Shown one piece after another: positions 20,043-29,383 of a stretch of DNA of 64,000 nt (positions are counted from its first letter, which is position 1; every line of letters starts with the position of its first letter). The DNA comes from a virus. Where the stretch lies: positions 31,477 to 95,476 of the IMG/VR virus record IMGVR_UViG_3300032293_001631, one strand, 5' to 3'. The notes under the pieces are model-generated. The model did not search any database. It was not told where the DNA came from and saw only the letters and a program-made list of their open reading frames with translations. The translations under genes were made by a program, and so were the position numbers.

Positions 20043-23000
20043 GTGGCAAGAAAAATAATTAAGCAGGATTCATCTTTTGGAGTACTTAGAGCTAATCCAA
20101 GAATTTCGGGAAATGTAAAAATAACCGTAGATTCTAAAAGCGGGATATGGCTAAATTCTATTGACTCTAACCAAGAGATGTCAAATAGCTATTATAAAGG
20201 TTTTCGTATATCTCCGGAAACTTCTTATGATAAAGATCTTTATAGATTTTTTAATGAGGGTAAGACTCCTTCTCAATTTGTATTCGGAATGTTGGGAGAA
20301 GGAGATCCAGTTCAGAACCAGATAAACAATCTTTCAAGCAGCTATAATTTTTTTTATAGCTCTGGTGTTTCTCCGCTTATATCTGACAAATACGACGAGG
20401 ACTTTTCTTATTTAGCACCTCTTTGGCTAGGTAAGGATGTTCCTGACTATTTTGTTATATTTAAGGTTAACGATCCTATAGATTATCCTTATCAAATTCC
20501 AGTAACTTCTTTAGAGATTGGTAAATCTTATAAGGTACTACAAGACTCATCAGTAAATACACAGTCTTCTTCTTATTTACCATTCCAGATTTCCAGCGGA
20601 TCACAAGTTTATAGCGACGGAAATATTTTTACAGCAACATCGTATACGTTTAATGTTTTACAGGGACAAGGTACTGTGGTATTAATGGATCCTTTGTATA
20701 ATATTAACCTAGTAGAAAATACTGAACAGCATTTCTACGATAAGATCCTACCAAAATCTACTGCAATTGCAACTTTTGATTTAACTGAAAGTTCTAATAT
20801 TGGTAAGTATTTAAGAAAGATAAAAACAACTCCTGGTTACACAGATAGTTTAATAGATGTTAGATTTGAGGAGAACCAATTAACAACATTCAATGGTGTT
20901 AATTATTCAGTGGGTATATTTGATAAAAAGGGGGATTTCCTCATAGATTATTATAAAAATCCGGATACACAAATAGGGTTTGAAGATTTTATAACTAATG
21001 GTTTTAGAAACAACGGGATTCTAAGCTATAAGCTTTTAAATCTAGAGTTCCTTTTTAATGATAACGATTCAGAAAACTATACAATTAACAGGTATTTTGG
21101 GCTTTATGTAAATGCTGCAGATATTTCTAATTTTAAATTAGATGGTGATGCTTTATATAAAAGTCAAGGAACTTCGGGAAATACTCCTATACCAGAGAAG
21201 AATAATAAAGGATATTATTATCAGGATGTTTCTTATTTTCAGTATAATGATAATGGCGTTAGATTGTATCTTGAGCCAACAAAGATATCAGGAATAATAC
21301 CTAATTCGGATGATGTCAATATAGTAGAAGAAACGAAGCTTTTCTGGGTTAAGGATAAAAATGGTAGCTTCCATTCTTTAAAAAGAGATGAGAACTATTT
21401 AAGTTCTTCTCCTCCACCAGCAACGTCAAGCTACGGAATACTAGGATATGATAACGAGATTGTAATACAGGATACTTCCATAGATATTTCTTTATTTACT
21501 GGTAAGGATAAAACTACTAAAAAACAGTATCCTGCAGTAACTACTGGAGATAAAGGTAGAGCTTATAGTGTTATTAGAATAGCCAATGAAATAAATAATC
21601 TTGCCGAGAATTGTTTTATATTCTATAATCCTTTGGGATATTACGGAGTACCTGGTTCTAAATATGATATTATAAAAGCATCTGATCTTTCTCTTTCTGT
21701 TGATGAGTGGGGTCCAGGAAGTTTTTATGCACAAGATAATGCTTATTATTATCATCCATTTGGAACAAATGAAGATATAGCTAAAGCTCTAACTGGTATA
21801 TTTAATAGCTTTAATTATAATTCTTTCGAAGCTTTCCAATCTGGAGATGAGGTAGTCATAAGAACAAATGCAACTGGTACTGCTGAGAATAGTAAATACT
21901 ATTTGGACTTTTTCCAGAATTTCACAACATCTCAGAGAATGCCTGATTCCAGAAGAGGAATTATATTCATAAATGAGAAAGATGTATGTGATATAAATCA
22001 GAGACAATCTTTTATAGGAGGGTCTAATTATTCTAACACTAGAGTAAAAGTAAAAATAGAGGATGCTAATAAAATTATAGTAGGTGAGACTTTTATAGAG
22101 ACTATAAAAAACACATCGACTGATTCTTTCAGCAATCTTCCAGAGTATTCAAATATATCTTCCTCAGTAGTTACTGGAAAATATAGATTCATAGATCAAT
22201 ACGCATTTGATCAGAACGGTGATATAGTAGGATTAAAGGATTTTGAGACTCATGCAACTATAGAAATTTCTAACTTTACAGAATCTATAGCTTTTGGATC
22301 TTCTAAAACAATCTCAGCATTTAATACTTATGACGTACCTTTAGGAATATTTTCATTCTATGGTCTTAGAGAGATAGACATGGATTTCTGGTACAGTGAA
22401 TATGGGTACACACCTACGGAGGAATATTATAAGTATTTAGATACCCAACCAGAGGGTAAAACTAAGATAGTATCGGGTAAAACTTATTTCGTATCATCAG
22501 GTGCGGAAATTGAGTACGGGGGAAATACCATAAATGGTCCGGATTTCTTTGAAGGATTTCCAGGGGATGAGGAATATATGTTAGTTGCTGGATCTACTTC
22601 TGCTGAATCAAATGTATTCCCTACTCTTTCATCAAGAGGTAATGTAACAGGGGGTATCACTACTAGCAATTTTGATTACCTGTTTTACCCGGATTTAGAT
22701 GCTTTCCCGGGATTCTATGGAATACAATCCTTACAATTTATAGACAACGAGGTAGGTATAGACACTAAATTTAAGCAGCTTAATTTTGGTAAATTATATT
22801 CCGAGTATGATTACACGCAGGATAATTATAATCCGGACTATGCTTTAAATAGTAGAGTTAGTCCATATATTACAAAATGGGTTTATAGAGGAGGTACAGA
22901 TGTTAGGGGAAATGGATACAGACTTAATGCAAATTTAGCTTTTAATCCACTTAACTTTTCCCCTAGTTTTTTCAAAATAAATCAGGATCCGCAGTACTTT

Positions 23001-25643
23001 ACTCACGAGTGGTATCATCTACAGAGACCGCCATATTCTTTACCTGAGTCTAATCTTCACACGGACAAAAATTATCTATCTGGTGAATTTAACGAAACCC
23101 TTTTAAACGATGCTAATCCGGCTCTTAGGGATTATTTCTTAGATTATTTTTCTATAGAGGGTGAAGATTTAGATACTTATTATCCAGGTAGTACAACAAT
23201 AAATGATATAGATCTTACGGAGAGGTATTCATTATTTAATTTCAATACAGGAAACGGATATTCGGAGTCTTTGTACAGAGGTGCTAAGATAAGAATCAAG
23301 AGAACTTTTACTGACTATGCACAACAAGAGTCTATAAAATACATAGAAGATGATAGATTCTATGATGGATATAAATTCTCTTGTGTTATAATTCCAGTAA
23401 AAAATATAGAGGATGAGATACAATCCCCTGTAAAAATAAAAGTAATAGAGAATAGAACTTTTAAGAATATAACTTTTCTAGTTGAAGTTTTAATCGATGA
23501 TGCTAGAGCATTAAATTTTGAAGAGGTAAGCCCAGATAATCAGTATATTGATCTGGATTATTTCCTTTTATATTCTTTAAGGGATAAATTAGACGATCAA
23601 TATTTTCCAACTGCAAGCAGTGTATCACTTCCTTCTGGATCAATAGAACTTCCTGTAGTTGGTGACGTAAAGCTTTCTTCAGCTTTGAACATATCATCAG
23701 CACCTAACCAACAAGGAATTTTTTCAGTAGTTAATCCAGGTACTATTGGAAATGAGGGAGAAATATTTATAATACCAAATCCAGAATACGAGACTGATTT
23801 AAGAGACGAGATCAACTTCACGTTTCTTCCTTCCGTTACACCTTCACCAGGAGATTCAACTGGACCTGGTTCATTTTATGGAGTTGTAGGACCTGCTCCT
23901 TATAACTATACTCTTCCTTTCCCTACAGGAGTTGGACAGGATGTAATAAATTTTACTAACACCGGACCAAACTACTTTTTTGATTTTGGGAATATAAGTA
24001 TACCTGGACCAGTTAATATTCCAACTGTAGCTAATTATTCTGTTATTTCTTCGATACCAATCTACCAGAAAAACGGAGGATTAGGATATTGGGGAAATAT
24101 ACTACAGAAGATATCTTTTGCTAATATATCATTATGGGTAAATACTGGATATCCATATATTGAATATTTAACTTACGAATGGGATTCTTCAACACAAACC
24201 ACTAAGGTTTTAGAAAATCAGTTTGTTTTAGAATTTTTAAGGCCTTCGTTTTTTGAACAAAACGCGGTGATTGTTCCGGTTGAAATAACAGATAAGCCAC
24301 AGGAGTTGGATGTATTTAACGTTGGATACACTACAGAAGATATCGAAGGTGAGAGCGAAATGTATAGATACAGTGGAGAATATGTGCCTAGTTTCAGAGA
24401 GGTATTAAAATTCGAGAACGTAAAATATGATATACCATTTTGGACTACCCCTGAATCTTACACATTTTATGTTAAAGTTGTAGATAAACAGACATCATCA
24501 TCCTCTTATGATATAGGATCTTCGCTTTGTTTTGAAATAGATGGGGTTTCTCAAGGTGATGTAGATTTGATAAAAGGCGTTATCTATTATTTTGATCTTA
24601 GTGATTCTAGTAATTCTGGATATCAATTATATTTTTCTGAGAACAATAGAGGTAATGATATAACAGTAGATTCCTTACCTCAGGGATATACACTATTTGG
24701 TACTCCAGGAAATACTGGGTCTTATATTAGATTTGAAGTACCATACGATTTGCCTTCAACTGTTTATTATGTAGCAGAAGGAGGAAAATATATGGGCGGT
24801 GATATTAGATCGATAGATCCAATAGAATATGCCTATTGCTCGTTCGGTCCTTATAAAGATAATTTTGGAGTATCAAGAAATTTAAATTACTATAAATATT
24901 CTACGCAATGGATATTTAGAATAGGTCAGAATTCTCCTTTTAACCCAGTATATAATATAATAGGTGAAACCCCAGTGGATAAGAGAGATCTTTCGATATT
25001 TGAGAGTTCTTGGGATCCTGGTTTCTATAGAGAGTACACTGGTCCTACTGGGTATATTAGTTTACCAGGAACTAGAGAAATGAAGGAGCAGAAGTCTTTC
25101 TTCGGTAGTAAGTTCATGCAAACTCCAGATCTAGTTAATTCCCAAAAGCAATTAGTTTATCCTCAATCCATATCTAATGTATTAGATCTTAATTATGATA
25201 ACTATCCAAACTATGAGATATTATGGGAAGAAACTTCTACAGAATTAAGAGGGGTTTTATTAATAGATAGGATGCTTACTAGATATTTCTTAGATGATGG
25301 AGGGAAAAAATCTTTTCAGGAATTTATTGTTCCTGAGTTTGGGTTTGGTACAATCACTGATATTGACGATGATTTTAAAGAGTATATGAGTCAAAATATA
25401 ATACCAATATTCCAGTCTAAAAATAACGGAGGATATCTTAAAAAAGTTCCTATAGCACAAAACCAATCACTTACTCCTGTTGTTGGTAATTTAGCAGATT
25501 ATCAAAAATTAATAGATGGATACTTCAGATCATCTGAAATTAGATATACTAAGATTAACGAGCTTAGATACGAGTTTAGAGTTCCTAAGGATCCTTCTTT
25601 TGATTACTCAGTATCTTTCTCTATAGAAATTGGAAAAATTTAG
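20043..25643 (+). CDS. Large putative virion structural protein
   Basis: 1866-aa ORF (GTG start), beta-rich; contains a YYFDLSDSSNSGYQLYFS small beta-sandwich-like module. Confidence 0.6.
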   Translation: MARKIIKQDSSFGVLRANPRISGNVKITVDSKSGIWLNSIDSNQEMSNSYYKGFRISPETSYDKDLYRFFNEGKTPSQFVFGMLGEGDPVQNQINNLSSSYNFFYSSGVSPLISDKYDEDFSYLAPLWLGKDVPDYFVIFKVNDPIDYPYQIPVTSLEIGKSYKVLQDSSVNTQSSSYLPFQISSGSQVYSDGNIFTATSYTFNVLQGQGTVVLMDPLYNINLVENTEQHFYDKILPKSTAIATFDLTESSNIGKYLRKIKTTPGYTDSLIDVRFEENQLTTFNGVNYSVGIFDKKGDFLIDYYKNPDTQIGFEDFITNGFRNNGILSYKLLNLEFLFNDNDSENYTINRYFGLYVNAADISNFKLDGDALYKSQGTSGNTPIPEKNNKGYYYQDVSYFQYNDNGVRLYLEPTKISGIIPNSDDVNIVEETKLFWVKDKNGSFHSLKRDENYLSSSPPPATSSYGILGYDNEIVIQDTSIDISLFTGKDKTTKKQYPAVTTGDKGRAYSVIRIANEINNLAENCFIFYNPLGYYGVPGSKYDIIKASDLSLSVDEWGPGSFYAQDNAYYYHPFGTNEDIAKALTGIFNSFNYNSFEAFQSGDEVVIRTNATGTAENSKYYLDFFQNFTTSQRMPDSRRGIIFINEKDVCDINQRQSFIGGSNYSNTRVKVKIEDANKIIVGETFIETIKNTSTDSFSNLPEYSNISSSVVTGKYRFIDQYAFDQNGDIVGLKDFETHATIEISNFTESIAFGSSKTISAFNTYDVPLGIFSFYGLREIDMDFWYSEYGYTPTEEYYKYLDTQPEGKTKIVSGKTYFVSSGAEIEYGGNTINGPDFFEGFPGDEEYMLVAGSTSAESNVFPTLSSRGNVTGGITTSNFDYLFYPDLDAFPGFYGIQSLQFIDNEVGIDTKFKQLNFGKLYSEYDYTQDNYNPDYALNSRVSPYITKWVYRGGTDVRGNGYRLNANLAFNPLNFSPSFFKINQDPQYFTHEWYHLQRPPYSLPESNLHTDKNYLSGEFNETLLNDANPALRDYFLDYFSIEGEDLDTYYPGSTTINDIDLTERYSLFNFNTGNGYSESLYRGAKIRIKRTFTDYAQQESIKYIEDDRFYDGYKFSCVIIPVKNIEDEIQSPVKIKVIENRTFKNITFLVEVLIDDARALNFEEVSPDNQYIDLDYFLLYSLRDKLDDQYFPTASSVSLPSGSIELPVVGDVKLSSALNISSAPNQQGIFSVVNPGTIGNEGEIFIIPNPEYETDLRDEINFTFLPSVTPSPGDSTGPGSFYGVVGPAPYNYTLPFPTGVGQDVINFTNTGPNYFFDFGNISIPGPVNIPTVANYSVISSIPIYQKNGGLGYWGNILQKISFANISLWVNTGYPYIEYLTYEWDSSTQTTKVLENQFVLEFLRPSFFEQNAVIVPVEITDKPQELDVFNVGYTTEDIEGESEMYRYSGEYVPSFREVLKFENVKYDIPFWTTPESYTFYVKVVDKQTSSSSYDIGSSLCFEIDGVSQGDVDLIKGVIYYFDLSDSSNSGYQLYFSENNRGNDITVDSLPQGYTLFGTPGNTGSYIRFEVPYDLPSTVYYVAEGGKYMGGDIRSIDPIEYAYCSFGPYKDNFGVSRNLNYYKYSTQWIFRIGQNSPFNPVYNIIGETPVDKRDLSIFESSWDPGFYREYTGPTGYISLPGTREMKEQKSFFGSKFMQTPDLVNSQKQLVYPQSISNVLDLNYDNYPNYEILWEETSTELRGVLLIDRMLTRYFLDDGGKKSFQEFIVPEFGFGTITDIDDDFKEYMSQNIIPIFQSKNNGGYLKKVPIAQNQSLTPVVGNLADYQKLIDGYFRSSEIRYTKINELRYEFRVPKDPSFDYSVSFSIEIGKI

Positions 25644-25660
25644 TAGAGGGATGAATTTTT

Positions 25661-25668
25661 GATATATA
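25661..25668 (+). promoter_or_regulatory. GATATATA late-type promoter motif
   Basis: Exact motif 18 nt upstream of the tail fibre ATG. Confidence 0.65.
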
Positions 25669-25686
25669 ATACAAGTATAATAAGAG

Positions 25687-28380
25687 ATGCCACAGATTAA
25701 TATATTAAACATACTACAAGGAGACAGTCAATCTAATATAGTTGATAAAATCAATTATAATTTTGATCAGATCCTCAGTGCTGGGGGTGGACCTCAAGGA
25801 GCTCAAGGATTAATAGGTCCAACTGGACCAATAGGACCTCAAGGTCCTCAGGGGGTTCAAGGAGCTCAAGGACCTTCAGGAACTAAATGGTTTGTACAAG
25901 ACACATCACCAGCTTCTGGTGGTATAACAGGATCTAATCCATTTGGATTCCCAACTTTAGGAGATTATTGGTTAGATCCAGATTCTGCTAATCAGGACAT
26001 TTATGTATTCGGAACAACCGGATGGCTCAATAGTGGATATGGATTGGCTTCTGGGCAACTATTTCAAAAGGTTACTCCTATAGATTTAATTGGGGGAGCT
26101 ACTGGACAAGCAATACTTATTGCAGGATCTACTGCAGGGGATCAGACTTTGGTTCTTTCTGATTCAACTATAAATGATTATACTCCAGGGGGAAGCGCTA
26201 TACAGAATCTAAATTTCGAAGATGCTAAGTTAAAAATAGCTACAAAAGATTCTAGAACTAAATTGATAAGTTTTGGTAGATCCACATTTGATGTGAGTCC
26301 ATCCGGAACAGGATCTTCTTCTAGTTCATCTAATCCTTATTTTGCTTGGGATCTTTCAGTTAATCCATCTGGAGCATCAGGTGCTGGTCCTAATTTTTAT
26401 AATCTGTCTTTTACCAACCCTAAAGGATCGATCAGTATTAATTCTAATGGAGCTACTGCAGAATCTGGAATTAATATGTTAAGTAGTAGCGAGATAAGTG
26501 CACAGTCTACCTCAGATAACATAGTTCTAAAGACATCTTCAGTAAATAAAGGTACTTTCATAGATGCTAGCTCTAATGGGGGCTTTTTAGAATTGTCAAA
26601 TAACTCTTCGACGCCTTCAAACCAATCTTTTGCACCTCTATTTGCTAATCCAACTGGAGTAGGTATAGGTTTAGGCACTGGACAATTTAAATCAACGGGG
26701 GATGATTCTAGAAAATTGGCTGTTTTAGGAAACACCAGTATTTCTAAAACACAAACGTTACACGCTTCGGATTTTTATATTGGTGACCCTTCTGCAAACA
26801 ATTACAATAAAGGTATTTTATTTGTTGAAGGTCATGTTGGTTTTGGATCAACCGGTTCAACAGGGGATTTAATATCGGGTATCTCCACAACAGGAATGGC
26901 GGAATCTCAAAATAGATTCCCTCAATTATGGGTAACTTCTCCTAATTACGGCCCAGGTGTACAGGTAAGAACGAGAGGAGCTTCCACATATTCTCCTAGA
27001 ACAGTGATAGGAGATGGTGTTTTTGATTATGCTCTAGCTGGTGGAGCTACTGCTTTAGCAGGAACTGGTCCTGATATAACACAGGAGTTCTATTCTAATG
27101 GATATACATTCCAAGCAGGTCCTTTAATAAGTTATCAGCATAAACTATCTACTCCAACAAATACAACTGGAGACGCACCAGTTTTTTCGATTACAACGTA
27201 CACCAACTCGGGTACTTATGGTAGTAATACAATAAATAGAACTACTATACAGACTAAGAATTCTAACAAGGCTATAGAATTAATGGCTAATGGTACAGGA
27301 GGTGAGAACCAGATTAGAATAGGTGTATCTGAGGAAAGCTTAGTAACCGTCTGGTCAGGAACTGCTGGAGCTCCTAAATTGGGAGGAGTAGCAATAGGGG
27401 TTTCTGGATCAAATTCTTCATTCGGAGCTCCTCTGCAAGGTAATTTAACAGGATCTAGATTTACTAATAATAATTTAGGAACACATAGCTTGGTTGTAAC
27501 AGGAGTACAAACTATAGGAACTAATAATCCTGTTTCTTTAATGAATCCTGGAGCATCTGGAGCTAGTGCATCATTCGGCGGGAATTCGATGCTGAAGATA
27601 TCCAGAAATTTATATAGCACGACAACACCTTTCGGGGTTAAGGGAATAAGCGCAGCTGGAACTTATCCTTTCAACTATACAAACGGGTTAGAGATAACGT
27701 CTTTTATTCCTACATCTCCTACGACAGTCAAAGGGTCAAATAGATCAGTTGCAATATCCGTTGCAAGCTCTGCCACTATAAGAAACAGCGATGGCTCATC
27801 ACCGACTTCTCCAGCTACTGGATTCTACGTTAGTGATACTGGTGAGAATATAGCAATAGGTAGATACATTGATTCTACTGCTGCAATAGGGGTATCAGGA
27901 GCTGCAGGTGATCATGCTATAAAAGCACTTGGTGATGTTGGCATAACTGGTAATTTTAGCGTCGTAGGTAACATATCAGCAACTGGTAATACTATCCTTA
28001 ATGGTAATACGAATACAACAGGAGGATCACTAACCATAGGGAACGGAGGTACACCAATATTAAAAACTATTGCAGGATCAGTTACCTGTCCAATTAATGG
28101 AACACCGCCTACTATTAACTACGGAAGCGGATTTACTGCTACTATGGTTGCTTCTGGATTAAATACCGCTAGAGTTAGAATAACATTCAATGTGCCATTT
28201 TCTAATGCTAACTTAGTTGCAACTAGTAATATATTCCTAGGTACTGCTGGACCAACATTACAGTACACAGGATCTGCTGGAAATTACGGAGCTCCTACTA
28301 CTACCCATTGTGAATTTATTTTTAGAAATATAGGATCAGGAACAGCAACCCTTAATTTTTTAATTCAACAAGTTGCATAA
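25687..28380 (+). CDS. Tail fibre-like protein with short collagen (Gly-X-Y) segment
   Basis: GPQGAQGLIGPTGPIGPQGPQGVQGAQGPSG; N-terminal GDSQSNIVDKINYNF; Gly/Ser/Thr-rich body. Confidence 0.75.
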   Translation: MPQINILNILQGDSQSNIVDKINYNFDQILSAGGGPQGAQGLIGPTGPIGPQGPQGVQGAQGPSGTKWFVQDTSPASGGITGSNPFGFPTLGDYWLDPDSANQDIYVFGTTGWLNSGYGLASGQLFQKVTPIDLIGGATGQAILIAGSTAGDQTLVLSDSTINDYTPGGSAIQNLNFEDAKLKIATKDSRTKLISFGRSTFDVSPSGTGSSSSSSNPYFAWDLSVNPSGASGAGPNFYNLSFTNPKGSISINSNGATAESGINMLSSSEISAQSTSDNIVLKTSSVNKGTFIDASSNGGFLELSNNSSTPSNQSFAPLFANPTGVGIGLGTGQFKSTGDDSRKLAVLGNTSISKTQTLHASDFYIGDPSANNYNKGILFVEGHVGFGSTGSTGDLISGISTTGMAESQNRFPQLWVTSPNYGPGVQVRTRGASTYSPRTVIGDGVFDYALAGGATALAGTGPDITQEFYSNGYTFQAGPLISYQHKLSTPTNTTGDAPVFSITTYTNSGTYGSNTINRTTIQTKNSNKAIELMANGTGGENQIRIGVSEESLVTVWSGTAGAPKLGGVAIGVSGSNSSFGAPLQGNLTGSRFTNNNLGTHSLVVTGVQTIGTNNPVSLMNPGASGASASFGGNSMLKISRNLYSTTTPFGVKGISAAGTYPFNYTNGLEITSFIPTSPTTVKGSNRSVAISVASSATIRNSDGSSPTSPATGFYVSDTGENIAIGRYIDSTAAIGVSGAAGDHAIKALGDVGITGNFSVVGNISATGNTILNGNTNTTGGSLTIGNGGTPILKTIAGSVTCPINGTPPTINYGSGFTATMVASGLNTARVRITFNVPFSNANLVATSNIFLGTAGPTLQYTGSAGNYGAPTTTHCEFIFRNIGSGTATLNFLIQQVA

Positions 28381-28384
28381 AAAT

Positions 28385-28606
28385 ATGGAAAATAATAAAG
28401 ACTGGTTCATAAACGAGTATTCAGAAATACACGATAATCTATCTAAGCTAGAAGAGGAGATAGATGGTCATATTAAAAATAAAATATATCTTTTAGATAA
28501 GGGAGAAGTCCTTGAAGGACTTAGGAAAAGAGCTCAGGAAGAAATTGAGAGACTAAATAAAACAAGAGAAGATGAAAGAAGAATCTTTAATTACAAAGGT
28601 ATTTAA
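28385..28606 (+). CDS. Small coiled-coil hypothetical protein
   Basis: ORF track 28373-28606; the ATG at 28385 after an A-rich leader is the more plausible start. Confidence 0.6.
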   Translation: MENNKDWFINEYSEIHDNLSKLEEEIDGHIKNKIYLLDKGEVLEGLRKRAQEEIERLNKTREDERRIFNYKGI

Positions 28607-29369
28607 AAGAAAGGATATTGTATTGACGATAGGTATAGCAATACTCCTTTTATTGTTGTTTAGACAATGCAATAGCAACGCTGATCTTAAGTCACAGCTG
28701 TTTATACAGAATCACAATTTAGATGCCTTAAAAGACACTGTTAGGCTTCAGAAGAATAAAGCTGGTGAAGATACCTATGTTAGAAAAACACTATTAGCTT
28801 CGAAGAATAATTTAGAGAAACTGAACAAGGATCTTGCAGAGGAACTAAAAAAGGTTAAGGGTCAGGTTCTAGTAATACAGAATGTAGAAACTGTAATAGA
28901 AACGGATACACAATACGTCAATAACTATCTTACTGTATATCCTGATGGCAACTATAGTTTAGATTGGAAATTTGACACTACGTTTTTAGCTAATAACTAT
29001 CGTAAATTTTCCGGCAATAGTTTCTTTAAGATCGATACAGTTACAAATAAAGTAACACCAGGGATTACTAGAATAAATCAGGACGAGCTTGGATTTTCTT
29101 TCATTACTGGGCTTAGAGAAAAAGACAAATCATTGGAGATATTTGTAACACCTAAATATCCAGGTATGAAAATTACTGAGATTGAGGGAGCAATTATAGA
29201 TCCTCATAAATCTGATGTACTAAAAAATATGTTTCCTAATAAGAAGTTTTCTGTTGGACCATATGTAGGAATTGGGTTGGGTGCAGGATATGGTATAAAT
29301 GGTAAGCCTATAGCAGGTGCAATGTTCAATGTTGGTGTAGGTATACAATATTCTATCATTAAGTTCTAA
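28572..29369 (+). CDS. Membrane protein, spanin-like (N-terminal TM, coiled coil, C-terminal amphipathic beta hairpin)
   Basis: IVLTIGIAILLLLLFRQC TM segment; C-terminal FSVGPYVGIGLGAGYG...FNVGVGIQYSIIKF ending in Phe. Confidence 0.55.
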   Translation: MKEESLITKVFKRKDIVLTIGIAILLLLLFRQCNSNADLKSQLFIQNHNLDALKDTVRLQKNKAGEDTYVRKTLLASKNNLEKLNKDLAEELKKVKGQVLVIQNVETVIETDTQYVNNYLTVYPDGNYSLDWKFDTTFLANNYRKFSGNSFFKIDTVTNKVTPGITRINQDELGFSFITGLREKDKSLEIFVTPKYPGMKITEIEGAIIDPHKSDVLKNMFPNKKFSVGPYVGIGLGAGYGINGKPIAGAMFNVGVGIQYSIIKF

Positions 29370-29371
29370 GG

Positions 29372-29379
29372 GATATATA
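29372..29379 (+). promoter_or_regulatory. GATATATA late-type promoter motif
   Basis: Exact motif 4 nt before ATG 29384. Confidence 0.55.
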
Positions 29380-29383
29380 AACC

